Numbered from the stretch's first letter, positions 14,223 to 26,629 are shown. The stretch: DNA of 64,000 nt from Chrysomallon squamiferum (GCA_012295275.1 CM022678.1:17732001-17796000); one strand, 5' to 3'. Numbers and translations: made by a program. The notes: generated by a model not told the origin, from the letters alone.

Positions 14223-15792
14223 ACAAACAAACAAACAAACAAACAAACAAACAAACAAACAAACAAATCAGTTATTTTAAATTAGTTTTTAAAAAAAGGA
14301 GAAAGATATAGGAGACAAAATAAAATAAAATATTATAAAATAAGAAAATAAGATAACAAACAAATAAATAAACAAATAAATAAGTAAATAAATATATAAA
14401 TAAACAAACAAATAAACAAACAAATAAATATATAAATACACAAATAATATAAGAAAATAAGCAATAATACAAATATAATGTAAAAATAAATAAATAAATA
14501 AAAACTAATAATATTAATAATAATAATAAAGAAAGGAAGAATGAAAGAATAATTAATAAAAATGTTTTATAATTTTTTTTCTTCTCAATTTTGCCTTTTC
14601 ATCATCCAAAGAAATAAGTTTTCCAAGTTCAACCAAATAATTATCTAAAACTTTAACTCTATCAAGAATGACAAAATCTTTCATACCACATATCTAACAA
14701 AGTTTTCAGTGAGATAAATACTACTTACCACAAAACCTCTCTGACTATCTGTGTCTCAGTAACAAATATCTTCCCACTGCTTTCATACAGTGGTTCAGTC
14801 TGCATCTTGTAGTAATCCCTAATAAAAATTATTATTATAATTTTAAAATACATTAATAATAAAATTAAAATTAATATATTGTCTACAGGACAAGATTCCT
14901 TAACATGTATCACCCATACATGTTAACAATTTAACAAAATCACTGAGTATCATATTTAAGTTATATATAAAACAGAAAAATAATTATTTGACATAATACT
15001 ATTATGTTAGCAGCATAAAAAATGCTTGTTTGAACATTATATTCAGTGATACTAACCAATCATCTAAAAAAACAACAACAATAAAAATATAATTAAATAA
15101 ATAAACCTTACTGATATAACCGTAATTGAACCATCAACAGAAAAACACATAACAAACTGAATTTTTTAAAATTTTACTGACTAAAAATAGACTGGAACTT
15201 AAAACTGACCAATCACAGAAAAGATTAGAACTAGCATATCAAAACAGTTTATATTTACTGACTAAAAATAGACTGGAACTCAAAACTGACCAATCACGGA
15301 AAAGATTAGAACTAGCATATCAAAACAGTTTATATTTACTGACTAAAAATAGACTGGAACTCAAAACTGACCAATCACGGAAAAGATTAGAACTAGCGTA
15401 TGGCCCAGTGCTAGGTTCTGCTGACTTCCCCTTCCAGTACTGACGTACCAAGTGTTTTGACAACCAATCAAATCCCTTTGTTTCCCGCACTGCGACATCA
15501 GTAGACACCAGCGCGGATTCTTCAGCTGGTCTGACAGCAGCTGAGACAATGTCTGTCTGTCTGTCAGTCTGTTCATTCTCTTCTTCACTGAGATCTTCTT
15601 CAAAAGGCAACTGGAAAACCAGTTGAAATTTTCTCATTAATATCGTGTCTACCTTTACTAATGATTTAGGTCCTTCTACACAGATATATAACAATATCTA
15701 CACACATATAGAGTATTAAAAGGAGATAGATATGACACACAACAGATGAGATAGAGGAAGACACTATAAAAATTATATATATATACATATAG

Positions 15793-15837
<45 letters not shown>

Positions 15838-18437
15838 AACAGCAAGTATGTATATATATATATGGGTATGTTTGTTTATGGCATTTGTATGTATGCGACA
15901 GGGTGTGCATATATGGTGCATGTCTGTGCTTCTAAAGTGCAAATGTGATGATGATGATGTGTTGGGGTGTGTGTTTGTGTGTGTATGCGTTATGCATGCA
16001 ATCAAGCATGTGTGTTTTGGTTATTGTGGGTCTGAGTTAGTTTGTCTGCATGATGTGCATTTTATGCATAAATTAATTTTTTATTAAAATAATGTGATAA
16101 TTTACAACTCACAGGAGAATCAGTGTAACACCCCCAGTAATAAATGTCTTCTCCTTCTAACAAATGAGCTGACCAATCAAAAGTGTCCACTGGATCTGAA
16201 CGACAAAAACAGTCAATGTAAAAACAATCTGAGAAATTAAAATGCACTTGTCAGTTATTTATTTTCTACAAATGTAATATTATATCATTTACATTGTTTC
16301 AGATTTTCTTATTATTCTAACACTAATGTATTTATGCAAATAAATAATTAAAATTTTTAGTCAGTTATACTTTATTGTTAGCAAAGATTTGTTTCCATTT
16401 TCTTTAGAACTACTATGATATTAATATAACATATGTTTGGATTAAAACAGTTACACCATTACATTAATAAATTAACTAGATATAGAAAATGCTTGCTATA
16501 GGTAATTAATTAAATAATCAAAATAAATTATTATTAATATAATCAACTGGCGAAAACAGTTTAATTTTTACCACTCACACACACACACACAAACACAAAC
16601 ACACACTTAAAGAGAGAGAGAGAGATGTAAGACATAAAATTAGTTAAGTAAGTAATCTGTGAGTTTTTCTACCTTCTACTACTGCATGACTCTGGTCAGT
16701 GTATTCACAACTTGTTGGGTTGTTTGCGAGTGACAGCAACAAAGACAAAATGGCATAATGAGTGCTTGTCTGGAACGGGAAAAAAGTTAATTTGTTGATA
16801 AAACATTTAATTTTTATTTTTATTTAATAATTAATATTATTATTAATATATATATATATATATTTGTAAAAATTAAAATAGAAAGATATAACTACAAATA
16901 AAATTGAAAAACAAAGCACAAGAAAAAACATACTTATAACCATTTGTTATTTATCACTCAGTGACAACCCTGATTCAATGTCTATAAAAAAATGTATTTT
17001 CAGTTTAGCATTAAAAAGAGAGAAAAAAAAGAAAATTTTATACAACCCAGTGAATAAAAAAAAAAAAAAAAAAAAGATAAAAGAGATGAAAAAGTTCTCA
17101 CACTAAATGACTAATAACTAAAAAAATTACTTTTGGGTTTTGAGTTTCTTTGGAAATTGGACTGTCAAGAAATGTTTCTAAAAGCTGAGACAAACTTTTT
17201 GACTTTTCTGGCTGAGAATGAACTTCAAATTTTGTTATCAGCCTGAAAATGATGTAAAAAATACTTTATATATATATATAGATAGATAGATAAATGAATG
17301 GATACACAGAAATGAATGGACAGAAATAAAAAAACATATATTCATGTGTGTTGAAATGTATGGATGAGTGCATTTTTTTTGTGTCAAAAAAGATTCTTTA
17401 AAAAATAAGAAAATAAATAAATAAATAAATAAAAACAGCAGCAAGTGTTCTGAATTTTAAGTCGACAAAATTTGAATATGAAAACAAAATGAAACCAATT
17501 TTCAAGTAATACCATTACTGAATATTTCACTTAGCTTGTGAACATAAATATTAATTTGGAAAGCTGTTACAAACTTTTTTTTAAAGTATCTAATATATTT
17601 CACTGCTACAGAAACCCTGCAATGTAACCACTGATAAATATATACAGATTGTAAATTGATATCAGATAGTATACATATATTTCTTTGATATATATGTGAA
17701 TAAAACAAGAAGGTATCTAGACACAATACCCTTGAAGATCTCGAATAACGTTATGACTGTTTACATCAAGGAATCGATGGAATTTGAAGTTTGATTTCAA
17801 AAACTGTTGGCACAGATGAAAATTTTCTTCCCCTTCCTGTAGTAAAAATATATTTTGTTATCTTTCTACTAATATGTGAATAATCCAAATAATAGCTATA
17901 AGTTAGAAAATAAATTCAATAAAATATATTATTTTAAACACAACACATGCGTGTCTTTGTGTGTGTGTGTGTGTGTGTGTGTCTATATTATATATATATA
18001 TATATTTGTTGAAAAAATACATGATGATGGGTCAATCTAGGACCAGTTTCATATCACAACCAATGACTACAACATCAAAGATTATAGTATGTGTCATCCT
18101 CTCTTTTGGAAAATCCACGTAAATTATATTTTGGATAATAAAAAACATGCAACATTTGAGCTTTTTTCTTTTTCTATTTAACATTATACTGCTCATTCTA
18201 TAATAATTTAAAGTAGTCAGGTCTGTTTTTATTTTAGGTCATACATGGAACTATGTAACAACTTAACAAATGCTGTGAATAATGCCAGCTTCTGAACTCT
18301 GACACTGCTTATTAGAATATTAATCAATATTCCATTAATGTTGTTATAATATTTTAAATTGATCTAACCTGAAACCCTGTTATCTGAGTGGTGAGTTCTT
18401 TACTAAGTTTTTCAAACTGTCCTCGCCAGCGAGCCAT
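1780..18437 (-). CDS. TUBGCP5: Gamma-tubulin complex component 5 (GCP5), 22 coding exons, ~997 aa
   Basis: Exons (minus strand, phases all consistent, 2994 nt): 18437-18369, 17836-17730, 17242-17131, 16769-16673, 16195-16113, 15610-15372, 14818-14729, 14153-14060, 13578-13362, 12915-12713, 11931-11816, 11206-10944, 10307-10058, 9552-9390, 8989-8927, 8309-8218, 7747-7660, 5938-5818, 5428-5274, 4033-3819, 2342-2242, 1835-1780. Motifs recognised as GCP5: SNFKFHRFLDVNSH, VTETQIVREVLW, FFLMEAGDTM, YKVPWPVDIVIS, FVNSLHNYIMTRILHSTGLEFQ, RGSFPQLESLA. Confidence 0.95.
2320..2580. repeat. ~70-nt tandem repeat x4 containing the TUBGCP5 exon 21 splice acceptor
   Basis: Unit ccatttcatctatagactgcagtctgaataaataaataaatacatgacaaatgaatgaataaattcagtct starts at ~2320, 2391, 2461 and 2532. 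Copy 1 includes the real exon start at 2342. Confidence 0.9.
3182..3785. repeat. ~40-nt minisatellite, ~14 copies, TUBGCP5 intron 20
   Basis: Unit taataaaaatacacttgaatatctacaaagtacacagtat is near-perfect at 3631-3785 and decays leftward. Confidence 0.9.
4045..5260. repeat. 20-nt minisatellite (~45 copies) plus degenerate 5/10-mer flank, filling TUBGCP5 intron 19
   Basis: Unit gttgaagtgaactgagatgt is regular from ~4310 to 5260; a related gaggtga/gaagt pattern occupies 4045-4310. Confidence 0.95.
5936..7343. repeat. 54-nt minisatellite, ~26 copies, each containing a copy of the TUBGCP5 exon 18 acceptor
   Basis: Unit gtaaattacaaacaaaacatcagaactctgttcacttcatgtcctgtcacacct. The minus strand reads ...tgttttgtttgtaatttacAG|GTGTGA; the terminal copy is the real acceptor (AG|GTGCCA at 5939/5938). 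Confidence 0.95.
7345..7480. repeat. ~32-nt tandem repeat x~4
   Basis: actacagattcaggtttttctactacagatttag is repeated directly after the 54-nt array. Confidence 0.8.
9553..10057 (-). other. GC-AG intron (TUBGCP5 intron 13)
   Basis: Exon 13 ends ...GAT CAA AG|GCAAGA at 10058/10057. Phase 2 matches the acceptor at 9553 (AG|G TTG CTG), and I found no phase-compatible GT donor nearby. Confidence 0.75.
10310..10620. repeat. (AAAAT)n pentanucleotide microsatellite abutting the exon 13 acceptor
   Basis: Directly visible; it forms the T-rich tract of the minus-strand 3' splice site. Confidence 0.9.
13160..13285. mobile_element. Fragment of a Tc1/mariner-type MITE
   Basis: Internal subrepeats gttgtaatagacaggtggctgttatagagag ... 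ctgttatacagaggt resemble invertebrate MITE ends as I recall them; no intact TIR pair. Confidence 0.35.
15176..15400. repeat. 81-nt tandem repeat x~3 containing the TUBGCP5 exon 6 splice donor
   Basis: aaaactgaccaatcacggaaaagattagaactagc recurs with the last exon-equivalent base at 15372 (real), 15291 and 15210. Confidence 0.9.
18025..18135 (+). mobile_element. Degenerate SINE-like interspersed repeat, related to 55270-55445
   Basis: Shared motif order: caaccaatga ... aaag ... agtatgtgt..t.ctgtct/ctctct ... in both places. Confidence 0.35.
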
Positions 18438-18839
18438 ATCTTTCAGTATAATGTTTTCACCTGTAGATTTTTTCTGATATATTCCTTTATTGGGCTCTGT
18501 CTTCCATAAAATCTCTTCATACTTATTTATAAAAAAATTTAAAAAACAGTTATTTACTTCATTTTGTCAACATTTTATGCTAAAAAGCTTAAAAATGTTT
18601 AATTATTATAAACATTGTTATTATAATGAATTTATAAAAGATATTTAAGACATAAGTAACTACAGGTTCATTATTGTTTGTTTTTGTTACTTAAAAATAT
18701 AATTATATTTCCAAAACTTCAGAGTAAATTTTCAAACGACTCAAAGATCGTGACGATTGACAGTGTTTATTTCCATAATTAGTGTGTGCATTCATGTTAA
18801 ATATAACTTAATAACTCAAAATACAACTAAAACGATATT

Positions 18840-19050
18840 TTACTTTTCACGCACTCAGAATTATCAGTTAAAAATAAACGAAGTTCCATATTTTGAGATG
18901 CCGGCAAAAGTAAACTTTGTAAACATGTTTATTTCCGGTTTTATTGGGTAATGTAAAATAAAAATTCGTTTTCTAAATCGGAAACATAAGAATTGTTTTT
19001 TCGTTAGTGTCGCTGTTTGTTCTTGTGGAAATTAAGTTTGCACGATGTTT
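18840..19050. promoter_or_regulatory. Putative bidirectional promoter between TUBGCP5 and the + strand gene
   Basis: The start codons diverge (18437 minus, 19402 plus). CpG is locally enriched in an AT-rich background, with ETS-like TTCCGG (~18933) and CGGAAA (~18978). TSSs are not observable. Confidence 0.4.
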
Positions 19051-19401
19051 CGTTTTAAGATAATGGAAATTAAATGGAGAAAGAAAATCAAGAAAAACAA
19101 ATTAGTTTAATAAACTCTATCATTTTAAAACTAATTTTATAATTTAAAAAGTGTCTCTAGTTGTTGTGAGATTTTAATTTCGTTGTTAGTGAGGTTAATA
19201 CATTTTGTGATCTATTAAACCTAAATAAAAACTAATTCGAATTACGAATCAGTTTCCAGCAACCAATGGATCTGAGATTTAAACAAACAATCCGATTCCA
19301 GATGATATTTTCTTATTCATTTTAACAGTTCCTTGTTGTAAGAGATCGAAATTGAGAGACGGTGGGTTTGTTTTTATTGCAAGTATGAATACTCCAAAGA
19401 G

Positions 19402-20136
19402 ATGAACAAGTAAGAAACGTGTCCCTGTAACGTCAGAATGATAGAAATATATCAATGTAACATTTTTTTCCTGTTTTCATACAGAAGTTATTTTTTTACT
19501 ACATAGTGTCTGTCATGTGTAATGAACCACTAGACTGTCCACCTTTTTATTTACTTGCGCTTAAAATTTTTGTCACATTTTCCCTAACAACACATCAACA
19601 CCAGTCTACATGTACGCTATTAAAACAAAATGCGAATGTAAGAAAAAAAAAATCATATTGTTTGAAGATGTATATAGAATCTTTTTTAAGTTCAGTCAGG
19701 AAACGGTTTGGGCAGTAAAAACATTCGGTTAATGATTTTGAATAATAATTTCATCCATATTTTATTTCTTTTCATGTTTTCGTTAATGTTATAGTTACAC
19801 TGTTAAAAAATGTTCTTACATAATTTAACTGACTCATAATAATGAAATGAGAATTGAAAGAATTTACATAATTACTATGATATGTGACAAATAAGAATAA
19901 TACATAATTAATCAAGTCTGTCTGGGTTCACCAAAACAAATCTACATTTGAGAATTACCCAATCAGAATATACATTTGAAACATATTTCAACATATTGTA
20001 TTGTAAAATAAGTATTTATCTAACAAATCATACCAAAAATAAAATAAAATAAAATAATAATAACAAGAATAATAATAAAATAAATAATAATGAATTAATG
20101 ATAAACAACAACACAGCATGATAAGCATATGGGTGA

Positions 20137-20169
<33 letters not shown>

Positions 20170-20186
20170 TAAAATAAATAATCAAT

Positions 20187-20217
<31 letters not shown>

Positions 20218-21280
20218 CCCAAAGCACAAACAAACAAATAACAAAAACAACAATGAAAAATATATTAATTATCAAATAAAAAAATAAAATCAGAACAGTA
20301 GTCTGGTAACTGATAATACGAATGTAGACCTGTAGGAGGATAACTGACAGGAAATAACTGATAAATGAAATGCTACAAACTTTCTGCTTTGAGATATTTG
20401 TGATCCTGGGTCAGAACTTGTTTATACACCAGTGATTAAAAATAACCAAATGTTTTTTTTTTTTAATTTTTAATTTTAATTTTCCCAGAACTCCTGCGTC
20501 AAGCACAAGCCACTGCTACTGTTGTTGTTCAACAGAAGCCAATGCCTCGTCACACCACATGGATGTTGATGCCGCCCTTCACGAACTGGGCATGCTCAGT
20601 ACAGTCACCAACAGCCGGCACCAATTTCTGAAAGAAAGGAACCGAACGCTCAGCGAAAACTCAGGCGATATCGGAGAAATCACGGACAAGCGTGAACGGA
20701 TACCACATCGTACAAATCGACAAACACTTTGTGTCTGGACTGTCGCTGGACAGGTCCGCAACAGTTCACAAATCTCCATCGGAATCGGCGCTCCACAACG
20801 GCTCCATCGACGGCTTCTTTCTGCCCGCTTCCCTCTCCGAACCTCCGTCGTTCGCGTCGCAGTTTCAGGAACACGGGCTCGCGAGCTCAGAGTCGAGGGG
20901 AAAACAGCTGACAGGGGAAACCGCGACAGGCGAGCCCGCTGGAAGTTCAAACCAGCACAAACCGCCTGGCGAGAGTGAAGCTGTCGCGGGCGTACCGCCA
21001 CCAAAGACCTTACAGTCTGTCGGGCAGGCTGTACCATTCCATGCACGAAAGCGATTTCCACGCGGAGGAGCAGGTCGACCGGAACCAGTCCAAATCGAAC
21101 GTTAGCTCTCCGGTCAAAGGAGGCGAAGAAACGCTCCTGCCAAGGTCAAGGTCGTTGGACAATCTTGACCTGGCCAAACTGAAACTGACCGACCTTTTCG
21201 ATGGTGAAAGTAGTTATTGTGAATCTCAGTCGATGGAAGATGTGTCGAAGGATTTAGAGAGGTTGCAGGTTAATGACTGA
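19402..21280 (+). CDS. Uncharacterised Ser-rich, probably disordered protein (~265 aa), 2 exons, reading frame broken in the assembly
   Basis: Exon 1 is 19402-19409 (ATG AAC AA|GTAAGA) and exon 2 is 20489-21280 (ttcccAG|A ACT CCT); phases match. Exon 2 is a GC-rich coding-like island. GC3-rich codons run in one frame to ~20675, a second to ~20915 and a third to the stop at 21280. It carries RNRTLS and RSRSLDNL basophilic-kinase/14-3-3-type motifs. Family not recognised; the start codon is inferred. Confidence 0.6.
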
Positions 21281-21316
21281 TGCTGGTGTAACAGTTTATG
21301 TGTTTATTAAAACTTA

Positions 21317-21370
<54 letters not shown>

Positions 21371-23625
21371 CTCTGTATGTCTTTACAGTTTCAGAGCTGT
21401 TCAATGTTTACCACTGGTCTGTTTTTAATTTATAATTTAATGAATTGAACTGTACTGAACAAAAATCAGAAAATGTTGGCAACTTAGTATCAGTGAAATA
21501 GTTGGGACATATTGGCAACAAAACGTTCACTTTTGGCATAGCAAAACATTAAATAACATTTTTTTTTTTTTTAGCTTATTTAAATTATTTATTTTTCTGC
21601 ATATTGTTTAGATTTGCTGCTTTTCTTTGAGTTTATTTTCATAGAAATATTTCAGTACCAGAACACGATAAAGAAAATGGCAGTGTTAAAATGGTTCAGA
21701 ACAAATTATTGTAACATTATGACACATGGAAAAAGCTGATGAGATGGGTTTTTTTTTTTTTTTAAATGAATATTGGTTAATTACCATGAATTGCAGGAAC
21801 AAAGGAGGTTAAAGTTGAATGATGGTAATAATTGTTTTATTATACGTGATTCTTAATCTAGTGAATCCTGGAAAATGTTTGCATCCTGTGATTTTTAAAA
21901 ATACACTGCTGCAAATGAGGCATAATTTGGTTTGGTGTTTCATTAAGAAGTTCAATTTTAAAAGAAATAAATGGAAATGTAATTTTTATTATATAAAAGT
22001 TTAAAAAAAAAAAAAAAAAAAATTGATAGGTTCATTAAGGTAATGTTGTGATTGCAAAAAAACAGTAAGCTAGAGTACGTTTCAGATTGTGTTGGATGAA
22101 AATGGTGATATTTTGTCTTGGCATAATCAGGAACATACCCAAAGATTAGTCTTGAAATGGTTCAGACTTTAGCATATTTATAATTACAAGAACCAGACAG
22201 TATATATTTACATACATTTCAAAAGTGTAAAAATACCTTTTGGTGTTTTTAAAGTTCTAGTACTTGGTAAATTCTCACATATGTTTGTGTTCATCAACAT
22301 TTTCTGATTTGCTACACTAATTTATATTTTATAATGAAATAATGTTATTTGCTCAGTGAAGTTATCTGTAATAATAAGTTGAATATTTCAGTATACTTTT
22401 AACTGAAAATCGTAACCAAGTTATTAAATAATTAAAAATTGATTTTTATTCTTAATTTAATTTTCATTTTGTTATAAATGTATTAAATTTTATGGTTGAT
22501 GAATTATTTTTGTAAATAAATAATAATTTATATTGTCTGAAGAAAAATAATAATAATAATACAATAAAGACTTCTGTGAGATAAAGTTCAGAAATGAAAG
22601 TGAAAACAGAATTCATTAAGATAAATAAGATAATTAAACATGCATAATATTAATGTGAATATCAAATAATTAATAATAATAATAATAATAGTAATATTAG
22701 TAACAACAATAGTAATAATAGTAACGATAATAATAACAGCAATAATTATGAAATTAATAATGATAATATTTTAGCATTCTGATAATTTTAGGTTATTTAA
22801 ATTTATATGTTTAGGATGGTTCAAAACATTGTTTATATACTAAAAGAACAAACATAAGTTAATTACTGATTTTTTTTTGTATCAAATTAAAGCAAGAAAA
22901 ACACACTTTAAAGTTTTCCCATATTTGTGTATAATAATAATAATAATTATATTAATAATAAACATTTTTTAAGCTTTATGTTACTAAATTATAAACTATA
23001 TACAAAACATGCATGAAATGAAACCAAGAACTGTAACATTTACAAAGTAATCAATTTTCATACAAGATTCTTTAAAAACCCCAGAAATAAACAATAAAAT
23101 GATAGTAAGTTCAGTTCTTTAAAGCCTCTAATTAACTCATGATAATTATGTTACTTTTATTAGAAGTTTGAGAATTTAAAAAATTAATTTTGATAATCTT
23201 TGTCAGTTTAAAATTGCTTGTTTTTACTGACATTGTTTGTTGGGGGCTATCCCAGTTTGCATTGCTTTGCAGCCATTTTGCTTTCCTAACCCATGGCAGT
23301 TAGGTGTGTTGGAAATTGTTAAAATCCTTCTTCCATCTGTCTGTTTATACATCTAAAAACACACTGATACATTTATACATCCATATATTTATTTCTCTTT
23401 AATATACAGCCTCATTCTGGGGAATCAAAATGGCTGATTTTTACAGATGTATATTGCAAACAAAGAGTTGACCACACAGGAAAACAAGGAATTATAAAGT
23501 TACAGAAATTGTTTTATAGTATTTCCACATTATATTCATTATTTTTTGTTGAAGTAAAATCAGTAAATATTCAGATATCAAAAATGTAAATCACAGGTAC
23601 AAAATTGTCACTGTTATAGATGATG

Positions 23626-23911
23626 CAGACTGAGTATCCCCTCTTCTGAAATTGTCTCAGATTTTGGAATATCAAGACTATAGCCTGAGAATAGAATCCA
23701 TGTTTATGCACAAAATCAGTTTATATGTCATATTCTGCTTATACAAGTAGTCTGCAGGTAGTTTTAAGTGAGTTTTTTTATTTTTTTTATTTTTTTAATA
23801 ATTTTTAATAATTTTGTAAACTAAATTCATCACTGAAAAGCTATAAAGTGTCAGAGTCTCAGCTTGATCTTGGAAAAGGTTTTGGATTTCAGACAAAGGA
23901 TGCTGGATGTG
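23626..23911. mobile_element. pogo/Tigger-type MITE, copy 1 (Tigger4-like)
   Basis: Degenerate TIRs cagactgagtatcccctcttctgaaa ... ttcagacaaaggatgctggatgtg; the interior aligns by eye with 25409-25710. Confidence 0.65.
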
Positions 23912-25292
23912 TGTTGGCTGTAAAAGAGGACAGGTGAAATATAAACATGTCTTTGTAATCCTGTCTGGAGAAAACTCAGACAAAGTAAGATAATGTTAAA
24001 AATTTTTAAATTGCAGTATTTAATTCATAAAACATACTGAACAAAAAAAAGCAAAAACAAGAGAGAAGCCCAAAGAACAAAAAAAAAACAATTTAAAAAA
24101 AATATACATATACGGTAATAACAGTTATAACTGTAGAATAAGTCTTTAATCTAACAGATTTAATCAATCGGTGGATGTAGGGTTTTGTTGATGAAAAGTT
24201 GGTTTGGATTAATTTCTTAGTCCCAGAGCTGCTGAATCCTCTGGAAGCAGCGAATGTCTTTAATAATTGTTAACATTCATGTTAACTAATGAAAGGGGCG
24301 GGTGAATGGGTGTGTCACACCCACCTGATACTTATCATGTTAGCATACATCATCTGAAACCCATCTTGTATCCATCTGACCATCTAGTCATTGTATTTGT
24401 TAACTTTCTAATTTTTTAATTTAAATATTGAATTATTGTAGTTTTTATAATAATAAAGTTAACTGTTATGATATTAAAATATAATTTAAAACATTTTGAA
24501 TTAAAAAAGACTTCATCTTCGGTATGTACATCCCTTGCTTATTATTATTATTATTATTTTTTTTTTTTTAAGAAAGGAACTTGACAAATTTGTCCAAGTT
24601 TTCTCTGCAGTTTGAATTATTTAATACACTGGTTTTAAAAAAAAAAAAAAAATGTTCAGTTACTGATATTTCAGGTAAAAGTAATTTCAAAACTTTTAAT
24701 ATGTTATCAGTCTTTTTACATTATGTTTAACAATACATTTTAACAACATATTGAAACAACAGATGAATATAAACAATCATTTTGTTCTTAATTTGAAACT
24801 GTATATCTCAGGTGATAAAAAAAAAAAAAAAACAGTCTTAATATATTCGATAGATTTCCAAATTGTATCCTGCTTTTTTTTTATGTTTTTTTTTTAATTT
24901 TTATCCCATTTAAATTGTAATGAAAAAAGTCTAACAAAAAAAAAAATAATATTATCCAAAAATATCAGATGGCTGGCACTTTCATGAGTGATTCATTACT
25001 GCATACAGAGAACAAATATTGTGTAAATTTTCTTTAATCTCAGAAAAAGAGAAACATGGGTATTAGTCCTTCATGTACATAGTGATTAAAGTAAAATGGT
25101 GGATTTTAGCTGTTTTGTGACAGTATTTTTTATTGTTATATTTGTTACGAGCAGTTGTAGATTGCACCCCCTAAAAAATAAAAAAAAATAATAAAAATAA
25201 TAATTTGGAAGAGAAAAGAATTTTATTTAATCATTTATTTGAATTTCCAAAGGTACATTTAAATTTGTGACTGCAGTTACTGGGTAGCTTTT

Positions 25293-25328
<36 letters not shown>

Positions 25329-25408
25329 TTGATCTATGATTACTGTTATTGTTATAATTATTATTATACATTATTGTTTTTATTTTTTGATTATTATAAT
25401 AATTATTT

Positions 25409-25710
25409 TAGGCTGAGAATCCTTTATCTGAAATCCTTGGAACCAACAGTGTTTCAGATTTCAGAATTTTTCTGATTTTGGTATACAAGGAGATAGCATG
25501 AGAACAGAATTTACCTCTACATATGAATTCCATTTATTTTTCACATACAGGTTACACAAATAATCTGCAGGAATTTTAAAAATAATATTTTTATGAATTT
25601 TGTGCATAAATATGATTTGTATATGATAAAAAGTCCATAAAACTCTTTAAGATATTATTATTTCAGCTCCTCGGATTTCAGAGCTTTTTGGATGAGAGAT
25701 CATCAGCCTG
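25409..25710. mobile_element. pogo/Tigger-type MITE, copy 2 (Tigger4-like)
   Basis: TIRs taggctgagaatcctttatctgaaa and ttttggatgagagatcatcagcctg are imperfect reverse complements; subterminal gatttcaga repeats are present. Confidence 0.7.
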
Positions 25711-25885
25711 TTTTATTATTATTATTATTATTATTTTCTGTGCTGTTGTATTTTTGTTTAAACTGTGTTCAACATTGAGGCCAAATACATTAGTCTCAGG
25801 TATAGCTATCAGGAAGAATTTGTATTTGATGTAAAACAGTTAAAAAATAAAAATAATAATAACGATTATATTGATGACAAAAAGT

Positions 25886-25918
<33 letters not shown>

Positions 25919-26333
25919 AGAGAGCTGATTAATAAAAGATATTGTTACACTCAGTTACAGCTAGATAATTATTTAAAAAAAAAAAAAAATAATAATAATA
26001 AAAAAAAAAAAAAAAAAAATGAGTAAGTAGATATAAAAATAAATTCCAAAATAAAGCCATGTTGACAAATTCCACTTTTCCATATCAAAGTTAAAAACAA
26101 TAATGGCTGTGATAGAGTGAGTTTTGCAATGTCTTTGTTTTCACTCAAAGCAGAAAGGTGCCAAAATTAATTTATAATCTTTCTTCTTCTTCTTCTTCTA
26201 CTACATTTTTTTTTTTTTTTTTTAATCTTTTTTACTTTCAGATCAGATAATACTGTTTTCATTTCTGATTAGTGTGGCAAAGATTGATTATTATAGTTTT
26301 GTTAGTGACTATTCTGTTTGTGAAAAAAAAAAC

Positions 26334-26376
<43 letters not shown>

Positions 26377-26573
26377 CAATAATTTGATAAAAAGTAAAAC
26401 AGCCTTAAATGCTGTTTTATAATAATTGCAATTATTATGATGATGATGATTAAATCATTTACTGTTACTACTTTTGATTATTTTTGTATTACTTTTTATT
26501 ATAACTTTTTTATTACTGTTACATTTTATTATTATTATTACTATTATTTTACTTATCATTATTATTTTACTTA

Positions 26574-26629
<56 letters not shown>

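Noticed and set aside
24288-24340. SECIS-like pattern (ATGA-N12-AA...TGAT) downstream of a gene with TGA-interrupted frames
   Set aside because: Helix II pairs poorly and a competing GGGTGTG/CACACCC hairpin exists. Reading any TGA as Sec does not join the frames in a splice-phase-compatible way.
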